Below are positions 30,681-39,881 of a stretch of 64,000 nucleotides of DNA, one piece after another. The notes beneath the pieces were generated by a model. The model saw nothing but the letters and a program-made list of their open reading frames with translations. It was not told the DNA's origin and searched no databases. Position 1 is the first letter of the stretch. Every line of letters begins with the position of its first letter. The translations under genes were made by a program, and so were the position numbers. Source of the DNA: a virus; the IMG/VR virus record IMGVR_UViG_3300012954_000007; one strand, given 5' to 3'.

Positions 30681-31904
30681 TTAATGTGATTTTATTATTT
30701 GTTTATATAATTCTGCTCTTTCTTCAGTTACCCTATCTATATGATATTTTTGTACTGATTCGTAGAGTCTTTCACCTAAGTCTTCTATTAATGAAGGGTT
30801 GGTGACTAATCTTTTTATGTGTTGTGCCCATTGTTTGTGGTTACGAGAAGCGTCTATAAGAAGTGAATTTCCTTTACTATTGAATGTACCACCTTTTTCG
30901 TAAGCGTTTATACAATCAATTTGATAAGGGCCAAAATCTTGAGCTATTAACGCTTTTTTATGGAACCCCGCTTCAATGACTTTAAGTTGGGATTTAACCC
31001 TATTAAAAGTATGATGTTTTAGAGGTGCTAAACTAATATCGAATTTATTATAGTTACTAGCGTATGTTGTGATGGGTTTTGTCCAGACTCTTCTATATGG
31101 CGTGTCCGAGTCACCAAACTCCTCCCCAAACTTAAATTGCATTAATTGGGACATTTGTTTTTTATCAACAGTTTTATAATTTCCTGTAAATATTTTTTCA
31201 TACTCGTACCATACAGACTCAGTTGGTTTAATTTTTCGTGTTCTTTCTTCACGGGTTTGGGGGTTCATTTCAGTTATACTTCCTCTCGTGTCAAACCCAC
31301 AAAGTACAAACTGCATTTTATCTTTTAAAGAACTTAATTTATCTACAGTACCTCTTAATATTTCTAAATCTGCTAAATGAGAAGAACCACCTAACCAACC
31401 CACCCTTACACGACCACTTTTTTCTGGGTTGGGTGTAAACTGTTTTTCACTAGGGTCCACACAGTTAGGTAAGACATGGACATTAGGGCATATTTTTTTA
31501 ATTTCTTGTGCAAATAAAGGGGTAGTTGTAGTAACATAATCCGCTAATTTTAAATTACCTAATATAAGTTCGTCCATTTTTTTATTACGTATTATCATAT
31601 AAGCAGGATGTTCTGGATTTGGTAACCAATAATCATCTAAATCCATAATAGAAGGAATACCTAACTTTTTAATTTTAGGCATTACTTCCCTAGATAAATT
31701 ATAATCTGGATGTAAAGTCCTATGGTAATGAATTAAATCATATTGTTTAAGGTAGTTTTCATCATTTAATTTAGGACTGTAATCGATGTCTATCCAAAAA
31801 TCATCACCAAACTTTTCTTGTAATTTTAAATGTTGGTCTATTGACCTAAATTTTGATACCCCAGTTCTATCACTAGGTAAAACTAATATTTTGTACTTTG
31901 CCAT
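30681..31904 (-). CDS. Glycosyltransferase, GT-B fold
   Basis: Motifs MDLDDYW, VGWLGGSSHLADL, DISLAPL...FNRVKSQLKVIEAG. Confidence 0.85.
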   Translation of the reverse strand: MAKYKILVLPSDRTGVSKFRSIDQHLKLQEKFGDDFWIDIDYSPKLNDENYLKQYDLIHYHRTLHPDYNLSREVMPKIKKLGIPSIMDLDDYWLPNPEHPAYMIIRNKKMDELILGNLKLADYVTTTTPLFAQEIKKICPNVHVLPNCVDPSEKQFTPNPEKSGRVRVGWLGGSSHLADLEILRGTVDKLSSLKDKMQFVLCGFDTRGSITEMNPQTREERTRKIKPTESVWYEYEKIFTGNYKTVDKKQMSQLMQFKFGEEFGDSDTPYRRVWTKPITTYASNYNKFDISLAPLKHHTFNRVKSQLKVIEAGFHKKALIAQDFGPYQIDCINAYEKGGTFNSKGNSLLIDASRNHKQWAQHIKRLVTNPSLIEDLGERLYESVQKYHIDRVTEERAELYKQIIKSH

Positions 31905-31964
31905 ATATTTTCTTGTGTTTTATGTGAGAAAAAGATACGGACAATAATAGAAATAGTCAAACAA

Positions 31965-31990
31965 AAAAAGAGAGGAAAACCTCTCTTTTT
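31965..31990. terminator. Intrinsic terminator (bidirectional-type hairpin)
   Basis: AAAAAGAGAGG-aaaa-CCTCTCTTTTT separating the late block from the glycosylation operon. Confidence 0.88.
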
Positions 31991-32012
31991 AAAATACAGT
32001 AAATTGTTAATT

Positions 32013-32654
32013 TTATTTTTTAGTACGTTTAACTGACTTGATGGATTTTATATTACCGACAAATATTTTATTACCTACTCTAATTTGTAAATTTTCTTTA
32101 ATGTTTTTAGATTCCATTAATAAATTTTCTTCTACCATGATTTCTTTAATACATTCTTTAATGGTATCCTTTAATGTATTAGTGTCTAGACTCTGTGATT
32201 CAAAGGGAGACGGTATTGGGTCATTTGATTTATTTTCTACAATACGAGTTTTTTCTTTTAAATTAACGTTAACATTACTATTAGCTTTGTTTCTCATATT
32301 TTGTACACTATATTCTTCCGAGTTCATTTTTTGACTAACTTTTTCCATAAATGATTCTGATAAATTTGGTGTTGGGGAAATATCGGGAATTGGTGTATTA
32401 ATCATGGCTTGTTTAATAGCGTCAGGTAATCTAGAGTTTCTAATTGATTCCTCTGTCATATTTGCTTTAGGATTCATATTAGGAGTACTCGGTCCAGGTA
32501 TTGATGTATTATTAACCGTGTTTACTTGTTGTTGCATATTAACGGATTCCGTTCGTATATTTGGGGTTCTAGGTAACCCACCATTATTTTTATTCATGGC
32601 ATCATGTTCCATAAATTTTTTAGCATTTAATAAAGATTGTTCTAAATTTTTCAT
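32013..32654 (-). CDS. Hypothetical late protein (possible internal head protein)
   Basis: Sites LSES, IVE, IKECIKEIMVEENLLMES; low-complexity centre. Confidence 0.55.
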   Translation of the reverse strand: MKNLEQSLLNAKKFMEHDAMNKNNGGLPRTPNIRTESVNMQQQVNTVNNTSIPGPSTPNMNPKANMTEESIRNSRLPDAIKQAMINTPIPDISPTPNLSESFMEKVSQKMNSEEYSVQNMRNKANSNVNVNLKEKTRIVENKSNDPIPSPFESQSLDTNTLKDTIKECIKEIMVEENLLMESKNIKENLQIRVGNKIFVGNIKSIKSVKRTKK

Positions 32655-33020
32655 TTAATCAAATTTTGCATTAATCCATACTTGATTCATACTCTTATCG
32701 CCGTTTGGGTTGTAGTTAGGTCTAGCTTCATTAAAATTTTCAGTTGTAGGGTTCCAATTTCTAACTCTATCTAACCTAAAAAATTTCCATCCAGGTACTT
32801 CCGTATCCGTAGCACCTTCAGTTTGCCAAGCTCTAACAACAGGGTTATTCTTTTTAGTCGTACCCGCACACACTGGTTCTATTGTTCTCCATCCAGGATT
32901 ATTAACCGTATCACCTTCATAGTATATAACAGTAGCATTCTTGTTTTTTATAGCTTTCTGGACTTCGTCCCTATTAGCTACTTCAAGTATAATAGAATGT
33001 AGTGTGTTGTAAAGTTTCAT
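32655..33020 (-). CDS. Stand-alone WYL-domain protein
   Basis: IYYEG...RTIEP...VRAWQ...GWKFFRLDRV. Confidence 0.75.
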   Translation of the reverse strand: MKLYNTLHSIILEVANRDEVQKAIKNKNATVIYYEGDTVNNPGWRTIEPVCAGTTKKNNPVVRAWQTEGATDTEVPGWKFFRLDRVRNWNPTTENFNEARPNYNPNGDKSMNQVWINAKFD

Positions 33021-33030
33021 AATAAAAAAC

Positions 33031-33354
33031 TTAAGAAGGTGTTAATCCAATAGTTCCAGTTGTAATATTTTCATCAGGAACACTATAACCGTTTCCAGAA
33101 TTATAAGAATTACTTTTTAGATTTTCTTTTCTAGTAAGTACATCAGTTTTTGTCCCCGTGTCTTGGTCTCTCACACCTAAAAATACTGAAGTACCCCTAC
33201 CTTTTTCATCCCCATCACTTAGTGCGTGTGGGTGTTGAGGTCCGTATTTATCAGACTTAGGACTATAAATGTTTTTAGGGAATAATTTATCCCTTTCTGC
33301 TTGAGCAAATTCTGATAGTTTTGCTCCTGGTTGCATTTGTTGTTCTCCTGCCAT
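33031..33354 (-). CDS. Hypothetical late/virion protein
   Basis: 107 aa; TATTTAT at 33368-33374 (minus). Confidence 0.6.
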   Translation of the reverse strand: MAGEQQMQPGAKLSEFAQAERDKLFPKNIYSPKSDKYGPQHPHALSDGDEKGRGTSVFLGVRDQDTGTKTDVLTRKENLKSNSYNSGNGYSVPDENITTGTIGLTPS

Positions 33355-33391
33355 AACTTTTTATTTTATAAATATTTTATTTTATCTTTAT

Positions 33392-33562
33392 TTACAGTTC
33401 AAAACCAAGATTTAATACCATAAATCTAAATTTGGAACATTTGTCGGTACTACACGGACAAATTTTAATTTCAAACACAGTTAACTTACCTAATCTTAGG
33501 GTTAAACTATACTTTTCTTTTTTATTTCCACTTTTCCAGGAATTAATCCAATCAATTTTCAT
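33392..33562 (-). CDS. Small hypothetical protein (56 aa), absent from the ORF track
   Basis: MKIDWINSWKSGNKKEKYSLTLRLGKLTVFEIKICPCSTDKCSKFRFMVLNLGFEL; starts 2 nt after the upstream stop and fills the gap co-directionally. Confidence 0.65.
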   Translation of the reverse strand: MKIDWINSWKSGNKKEKYSLTLRLGKLTVFEIKICPCSTDKCSKFRFMVLNLGFEL

Positions 33563-33564
33563 AA

Positions 33565-34023
33565 TTAATAATTTATTAGTTTATTCATTCTTTTTATTGT
33601 TTCACTTAAATTTGTCATACTGTCCACATTATCTGGTCTAGGAACACTAACCTGTGTTGGGTTCCTGTTTCCGTCTTTTTCATGTTCATCATAATGGGTG
33701 TTCATCATACCACCATTCATTTTACTTTTCCTACCAGAAGCTTTACCATCTCTAAGTTGTTTTTCCAGTTCAAAGAAAACTTTTTTCCCATAATCACCTC
33801 CAGTTAAATTATATGGGTGTGTACCTTCTTCTTCATTTCTAAAAAAATTATTTATCTTTTTTAGTAATTCCATACTAATTACTGGATTTTTAATAATGTT
33901 AAGTGCACGTTCATAACCTTCAGTGGTTTTAGGGCCATTAAAGTCTTGCACCGCAATCTTAATATGTTTAACACATTTATTGGGTACTTTAATTTGATGT
34001 CCTTTAAGGGATTTATCAGGCAT
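33565..34023 (-). CDS. Hypothetical late protein with C-terminal LSETIKRMNKLI tag
   Basis: 152 aa; abuts the upstream gene. Confidence 0.6.
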   Translation of the reverse strand: MPDKSLKGHQIKVPNKCVKHIKIAVQDFNGPKTTEGYERALNIIKNPVISMELLKKINNFFRNEEEGTHPYNLTGGDYGKKVFFELEKQLRDGKASGRKSKMNGGMMNTHYDEHEKDGNRNPTQVSVPRPDNVDSMTNLSETIKRMNKLINY

Positions 34024-34689
34024 TTAAAATTTATTTAGTATTTCGTTTGGGTCCACTCCTTGTGCATCACACGCTCTTTTAAATTTAGAACCCATTTTAT
34101 CTAGTATTGGATAGTTATTCATATCTCGTAACTCCATCTCAATACCCGGTTTAATATCCTCAACTTCGTCCTTTTTAGTCAAAATAACTTCTAACATATC
34201 TTTCATTTTTTTGTTAGACAATTCTACTAATCTTTTTCTTTCATCATTTTCAGCTTTCTCTTGTGATACATTAGTAGAATAACCGTTTTCTTCACATTTT
34301 TTTACAGCTCTTTCTCTAGTTAAACCATAGTTGCCCATAAAATATTCCATACATTCATTAGTTGTCTCAACATCACTATCTAACTCTTCATTATCACCTA
34401 GACCACCACCAAGATAAGCCTCACCCCAGTATCTTTTATAATAGTAACCAAACCCATTACCTTTTTGATGTGCGGTTTTTACCATATCATCACTAGTACT
34501 CCTACTAATTTTATTACTTTTATTAATACCTAAAGGAATTTTTGAATTAAGCATAGAACCATCATAATCAACTAATTCTTCTAGTTCTTCTTCACTTTTA
34601 CCGTCTAACTGCTCAGTTTCCCACATTTCGTGGTCATTGTTAGGGTGTACTTCTTCACAACTTTTGCCTTTATGTTCTAATCTATTCAT
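34024..34689 (-). CDS. Acidic hypothetical late protein with N-terminal His/Cys motif
   Basis: HKGKSCEEVHPNNDH; TATTTAT at 34705-34711 (minus). Confidence 0.6.
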   Translation of the reverse strand: MNRLEHKGKSCEEVHPNNDHEMWETEQLDGKSEEELEELVDYDGSMLNSKIPLGINKSNKISRSTSDDMVKTAHQKGNGFGYYYKRYWGEAYLGGGLGDNEELDSDVETTNECMEYFMGNYGLTRERAVKKCEENGYSTNVSQEKAENDERKRLVELSNKKMKDMLEVILTKKDEVEDIKPGIEMELRDMNNYPILDKMGSKFKRACDAQGVDPNEILNKF

Positions 34690-34741
34690 AGTTTCTTTTT
34701 ATCTATAAATATTAATGCATTCATTAAATATTTATTTATGT

Positions 34742-37522
34742 ATGGGACCACAGAATTTAAATAACTATTATTTCAATAAATTAGACGCTAGACTAGATTA
34801 TAGTAGCTACTATGACATATTTTTAACGTCTGATGAACGGGATTACAACAGAGAAGTTGTATTTTCCCCTTATCTTATTTGTGTGGGTGACCACATTAAT
34901 AATTATCTAAGTGGTAAAACTTGGTGTTCAGATTGTTTACCTCTTTGGATTGATTTAAGTAATCCACAGTCTAGTAGACAGTTATATCCTTATTTATGTA
35001 CAGAATATGACGAAAATAACACATTATTAAGTTTACCATACTGGTGTTCTGCTAGCCCAAATTCGGGTGATACCCAATGTACTTGTCCTAAATGTGAAAA
35101 CAGAGAGTTTACAGGAAATACCTCATTTATAGAATCCATATGTGATGTTGGATTAACTGGTGTAGATAATGGTTTGGTACAATATATGAGTGGAAACACT
35201 ACAGAATATGATTTATGTAAGTTAGAGTTTATTACAGTTTCAGCATACACCGCCACGATGAGTGGAGCTACAGGTACTAATTGTGTAGGTCAGTGGAAAG
35301 GCTTTATAACAGGAGATAGTCCAGCCACAGTAATATTAGATTTAGCGAGTGGTTCAATACCCCTTAAATACCCCTGTACTGGTACTACTACATCAGTAAC
35401 TAGTGGAATGACCATAGAGTGGAATAATTTTTTTTCTGGGTCATCTAACATTGGAGCAGCAGCACCTTATATGAGCTTATCTGGATGTTGTAATTTTCAA
35501 ACCTCCCCAAATAGTGGATACTTATTAAAGTTTAGTAATTTTCAGTCCACCCTTAGTGGGGATTCATTTACTTTTGACCTAGTTACCAATAAAGGATACT
35601 GGCAAGCACCTTGTCAACTAGAATCTATAAAGTTATGGACTGATATGCCAGAACAATACAAATGGGACCACTTACATTATGATAGAAGATTTAAAATGAA
35701 ACAAGTTACTGGCTTAACTCACCAGTACAGTTATGGTATAGAATCTGTTTCAGGGGTTACCGAAGGATATTATAATAATTTAAGAGGTGGATTCTACCAA
35801 GGATTTTATGAACTTTATGGTTATCCTTACCAGGTTTTACCAGAACGGGTTGAGTGTGGTTGGACCGTGGAATCTTTATTAAAGTTTGATGTTAAGTGTG
35901 TAACCGAGTGTATCATTCCTGGAACCAAAACACTTAATGATGTATACCCTAACAATAAAGGAATATATTTCTATATGGGTACTAGAGCAGAAAATAAATT
36001 TCATAATTTTTACTCAGCAGAAACCCACCTCCAAACTTGTGACCAGGGAGACTTTAGTTGTTCTGGAATCCCAACACCAATTATAACAACAGGAACTACC
36101 GGACATTGTGGTACTGAAGTACAAGTTATAACATCAACATATGATGAAAAAATAGATTCTTTAAGTAATGCTTTTGCTTTAAGACTTACTGATGATGGAA
36201 GAGTAGGATATAGAGCTTTATATTATACAGGGAATTGTATAACTACGTTTTCTGAGAAAAAAGTTTTAAACTGTGAAACTAACGAGTACTATACAGTTGA
36301 GGATTGTGTAACTGGTTTGACATACAGTTCTGGTTTCACTGTCGTAGAAAAATATAGTGATATTGTGTGTGGATTAACTGGTTCTACTTTTGTGGAAACT
36401 TGTCCATGGTTACTAGTTAGTGCAAGATTTAAACGAGACTACTGTTATGAAGGTTGTGATTTAGAAAATATGGGTGGGGTTAACGACTTAATAGACATTC
36501 CCGTCATAGATACACCAGGTTATATAGATTCTGGGTTAAATACCACCTCCACAACCTTGGTAAGGGAAGCTCCACTAATGCCAGGATGGAATGACCACGG
36601 TAACAAGGTTGTGGTTACTGGACAATATTTGGGTTCTGGTGAAATAGCTACTGGGTGTACTGAAAACGAATGTTGTTCTGGGTGCACACAACCTAGTTGT
36701 ACTACTTGTGGTCCCGCTAGTGGTTGTACTACAAACTATACTAAACTGGTGGAAAAAATAAAATTTTCTAAAAAATGGTCTGATGAAAGATTTTTAAGAA
36801 AGGGGACATTAACGATTTTTGTTAATGGTAGACCAGTATTTACTGACCCTGATTTTGAAGAAATAATTCCTAGAAGATTAAATACCGAAAAACAAAAACA
36901 GGTGGGTGTACCCTTTAACATTTCGTGGGGTGGTGGAACCCAGGGATTGATTGACAATCAAACTTTCTCTGCTGATACTAGTGGGAATACTATAACTTGT
37001 CCTCCTTATGCACAAGACCCAGCAGATTTAGAGTTGTTAATAGAAAAGAATTTTGCAGGGACCTATATAGGTGGAATATCCCAACTAAGATACTATATAC
37101 GACCACTAGGGGTAGATGAAATATTCCACAATTTCTTAGTTAACAAAGACCGATATGATTTAGTTGATTGTGCTGGTGGTTGTACTAACGGGTGTGGCCC
37201 TTGTCCAGCTATTATAATAAGAGATTGTGATTCACTAGACATTATCTTAGACTTTGCGGTAGGACAAACTACAACTTCTGTAGATAGTTTGTCACAATTT
37301 ATAGTCCCACCAGAATACGTCTCAGTTAAGTTTACTGGAGTATTAGTAGATAATGTTACTAGTTACACAATAACACTAATAGAAAATATGGGAACAGGAC
37401 CTAGTACAGTAGTAACCACACCATTTTTAGCAACACCTACCGATGTAATAAAAGTAGACATTGTAAAATTTGATAACACCAAGGAATCAAAAGTTACTAT
37501 TATAGGCAACTTAACTAAGTAA
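34742..37522 (+). CDS. Large Cys-rich virion protein with LamG/ConA-like C-terminal segment
   Basis: Start placed at ATG 34742 after TATTTAT 34729-34735; LTIFVNG...FAGTYIGGISQLRYY; ~20 [ST]Gx[ST] motifs. Confidence 0.6.
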   Translation: MGPQNLNNYYFNKLDARLDYSSYYDIFLTSDERDYNREVVFSPYLICVGDHINNYLSGKTWCSDCLPLWIDLSNPQSSRQLYPYLCTEYDENNTLLSLPYWCSASPNSGDTQCTCPKCENREFTGNTSFIESICDVGLTGVDNGLVQYMSGNTTEYDLCKLEFITVSAYTATMSGATGTNCVGQWKGFITGDSPATVILDLASGSIPLKYPCTGTTTSVTSGMTIEWNNFFSGSSNIGAAAPYMSLSGCCNFQTSPNSGYLLKFSNFQSTLSGDSFTFDLVTNKGYWQAPCQLESIKLWTDMPEQYKWDHLHYDRRFKMKQVTGLTHQYSYGIESVSGVTEGYYNNLRGGFYQGFYELYGYPYQVLPERVECGWTVESLLKFDVKCVTECIIPGTKTLNDVYPNNKGIYFYMGTRAENKFHNFYSAETHLQTCDQGDFSCSGIPTPIITTGTTGHCGTEVQVITSTYDEKIDSLSNAFALRLTDDGRVGYRALYYTGNCITTFSEKKVLNCETNEYYTVEDCVTGLTYSSGFTVVEKYSDIVCGLTGSTFVETCPWLLVSARFKRDYCYEGCDLENMGGVNDLIDIPVIDTPGYIDSGLNTTSTTLVREAPLMPGWNDHGNKVVVTGQYLGSGEIATGCTENECCSGCTQPSCTTCGPASGCTTNYTKLVEKIKFSKKWSDERFLRKGTLTIFVNGRPVFTDPDFEEIIPRRLNTEKQKQVGVPFNISWGGGTQGLIDNQTFSADTSGNTITCPPYAQDPADLELLIEKNFAGTYIGGISQLRYYIRPLGVDEIFHNFLVNKDRYDLVDCAGGCTNGCGPCPAIIIRDCDSLDIILDFAVGQTTTSVDSLSQFIVPPEYVSVKFTGVLVDNVTSYTITLIENMGTGPSTVVTTPFLATPTDVIKVDIVKFDNTKESKVTIIGNLTK

Positions 37523-37547
37523 AAAACTATTTATAAAATAAAAAAAT

Positions 37548-39380
37548 ATGTCTTGTAAATGTAAAAATATTATAGAAAACTTCCAAGGGGGCACTATTCC
37601 ATTAACCACAACCTTTAATGGGGACATACATGTGTGTGGGGATATTTTAGGTTGTTCACCAGTAACCATAGGTAATGATAGTGGGTGTACATCTGGTAAT
37701 ACAACTTTAGTTGTTAGTGGAAGTTCGATATTTAGTTGTGATGTCGATATAGTAGGTAATATATACAGTGGTGGTACAAATTTATTAGATATTTTTTCCA
37801 CTACCACCTCATCAGGTTCAACAGGAGGAGGGGGAACCTTTACAGGAAATACTTCAGCTACCTGTATTAATGAATTATGGGTGTCTAATATTTCTGGATG
37901 TAGTCCAGTTACTATCGGAACAGAAGCAGAATTTTCACAAGACGTATCGGTCTCACAATACATCAGACATACGGGTGATGCTGACACACATATTCAATTT
38001 TTAGATAATAAACTTCAGTTACATGCTGGTAACATACCTTTTATTCAACTTGATAAAGATGCAGCAACACCTTACCCTCTTACAATTAATCATGGTGGTA
38101 ATAGAGTTAACTTGAGGGTTCTAGATAAAGATAGTAACCTACTTTTAAAAACCGATTCTGAAGCATCTAAGGTAAATTTATACCATGCTGGTAGTATGAA
38201 ATTAGAAACACAAATCGGAGGTATTGATGTAATAGGTGAACTTAATGTGACTAGTGGTTTAACTGTAACGGGAGACACTATAGTAAAGGGGGGGAAAATA
38301 TTACTGGGTGATGGTGACGTTAGTAATAACTATGCTGGATTTGGTAATAATGATGACCTAAAAATATTTCACAACGGAGCCCACTCAATAATAAGAGAAA
38401 CAGGAACAGGAAACTTATACCTACAAAGTGATAATAATGTTATACTTTCTAAGGATAATAGTACAGAACCTATGGTGAAGGGTATTGCCGATGGAGCAGT
38501 TGAACTTTATTATGACAATATTAAAAAGTTTGAAACCACAACGGATGGAGCAAAAGTTTCAGGTGAACTTAATGTGACTAGTGGTTTAACTGTAACAAGT
38601 TCAGGTACAAATACTTCAGATACGGTATTTTTAGTACAAGATAGTGTCGGTAATCATATCATAGAAGGTTTAGATACTGGACAAGTTCATGTTGGAGACT
38701 TAGTTAATAGTGCCCTACCAACAAATCCAACACTTTTGATTGGTGCGGGTAAAACACCAAACGATAGAGGTTCGTTAGCCTTTACTTCTTCAGGTATAGG
38801 TATCGGGGGAGATAATGATACAATTGGAGATTATCTACACTTCCTTTTACCAGGAAGTGATAACAGTAGATGGAAATTTGATACTTCTTCCGCATTTGGT
38901 TTTACCTTAGTAAGTAGACAAAATAATACTTTTGGTTCGGGTTCGGGAACTAGAAGTAGTTTTTACACTAGTAGAACATACGGAGTAGATTTTTTACTGG
39001 GTTATGCTAGTAGTCTAGGTGTTACAGATACCGTCGGATATAGATTTAACACTAAAGATAGTACTAGTGCAGGTGCAAATGATATAGAAAGATTTGTTAT
39101 TGAAAACGGTGCAGCTGAAACTAAATCTTATTTTGATAATATTAGTGTGTTGGGTATCGGGACATATAATCCAGACACCAATGTTAAAGTACACATTAGT
39201 GGAGATACTTTAATGAGTGGTAGTTTTACAGCAAGTACCATGACACTTAGTAATGTTCCTGCTTTTGCAGATGATAGTGCTGCGGGGACTGGTGGATTAT
39301 CGGTTGGGGACGTTTATCAAACCTCTGGAACGGGAGCTGCTCCTTTAAATGTGGCGGGAATATTAATGATAAAACAATAA
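37548..39380 (+). CDS. Tail fibre-like modular protein
   Basis: Gly/Thr-rich beta repeats; fibre-type module DDLKIFHNG..SIIRETGTGNL..GAVELYYDNIKKFETT; TATTTAT at 37528-37534. Confidence 0.72.
   Translation: MSCKCKNIIENFQGGTIPLTTTFNGDIHVCGDILGCSPVTIGNDSGCTSGNTTLVVSGSSIFSCDVDIVGNIYSGGTNLLDIFSTTTSSGSTGGGGTFTGNTSATCINELWVSNISGCSPVTIGTEAEFSQDVSVSQYIRHTGDADTHIQFLDNKLQLHAGNIPFIQLDKDAATPYPLTINHGGNRVNLRVLDKDSNLLLKTDSEASKVNLYHAGSMKLETQIGGIDVIGELNVTSGLTVTGDTIVKGGKILLGDGDVSNNYAGFGNNDDLKIFHNGAHSIIRETGTGNLYLQSDNNVILSKDNSTEPMVKGIADGAVELYYDNIKKFETTTDGAKVSGELNVTSGLTVTSSGTNTSDTVFLVQDSVGNHIIEGLDTGQVHVGDLVNSALPTNPTLLIGAGKTPNDRGSLAFTSSGIGIGGDNDTIGDYLHFLLPGSDNSRWKFDTSSAFGFTLVSRQNNTFGSGSGTRSSFYTSRTYGVDFLLGYASSLGVTDTVGYRFNTKDSTSAGANDIERFVIENGAAETKSYFDNISVLGIGTYNPDTNVKVHISGDTLMSGSFTASTMTLSNVPAFADDSAAGTGGLSVGDVYQTSGTGAAPLNVAGILMIKQ
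38234..38596 (+). repeat. Exact 36-nt direct repeat pair, 327 bp apart
   Basis: aggtgaacttaatgtgactagtggtttaactgtaac at 38234-38269 and 38561-38596. Confidence 0.95.
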
Positions 39381-39408
39381 AATCGGTATTTATAACTAAA
39401 ACACACAT

Positions 39409-39783
39409 ATGGAATTTTTTATAAGAAAAGACTCATTAGAACCAGTATTAAAAATGCAATTAATACAAGACGGTAGGAACGATTTTAGAAAGTTTTACCA
39501 AGGACTAGAAAACGCTATGTTAAGTTTTTCTATGAAAAAAGTGGATACTGGAGAATATGTTATTTTAAATAAAGCCGCTGGTATTGTACAGAAAACTGAA
39601 ATAGACCCGATTAATGACCCAGAGTATTATATCTACTATAGGTGGCAACCAACAGATGTAATGGAATCGGGAAGGTACCAAGGTCAGTTTTTAATCGAAT
39701 TTTTAACTGATGGTACACAATTAGTTGCTCCAGTTAGAGAAGATTTATTTATCAATATTCAAGAGAGTTTCGGAATCATTTAA
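39409..39783 (+). CDS. BppU N-terminal-like baseplate/fibre adaptor
   Basis: FFIRKDSLEPVLKMQL...YYRWQPTD..ESGRYQGQF pattern; TATTTAT at 39387-39393. Confidence 0.6.
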   Translation: MEFFIRKDSLEPVLKMQLIQDGRNDFRKFYQGLENAMLSFSMKKVDTGEYVILNKAAGIVQKTEIDPINDPEYYIYYRWQPTDVMESGRYQGQFLIEFLTDGTQLVAPVREDLFINIQESFGII

Positions 39784-39881
39784 ATTGACATCTCACAAAT
39801 AGTTTCTTATATTTTAATTAATGTTAAGTAAAATTCACCAAGAGGGTGAAGCTAATATTACAAACGAAAATTATTATATAC

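Noticed and set aside
13118-31904. Host LPS/capsule locus or chimeric contig
   Set aside because: The cluster is interleaved and tightly packed with phage-type genes (sigma-like, phoH, dUTPase, exonuclease), and has no flippase, polymerase or transporter genes
33432-33641. 69-aa plus-strand ORF
   Set aside because: The co-directional minus-strand ORF 33392-33562 fits the operon better
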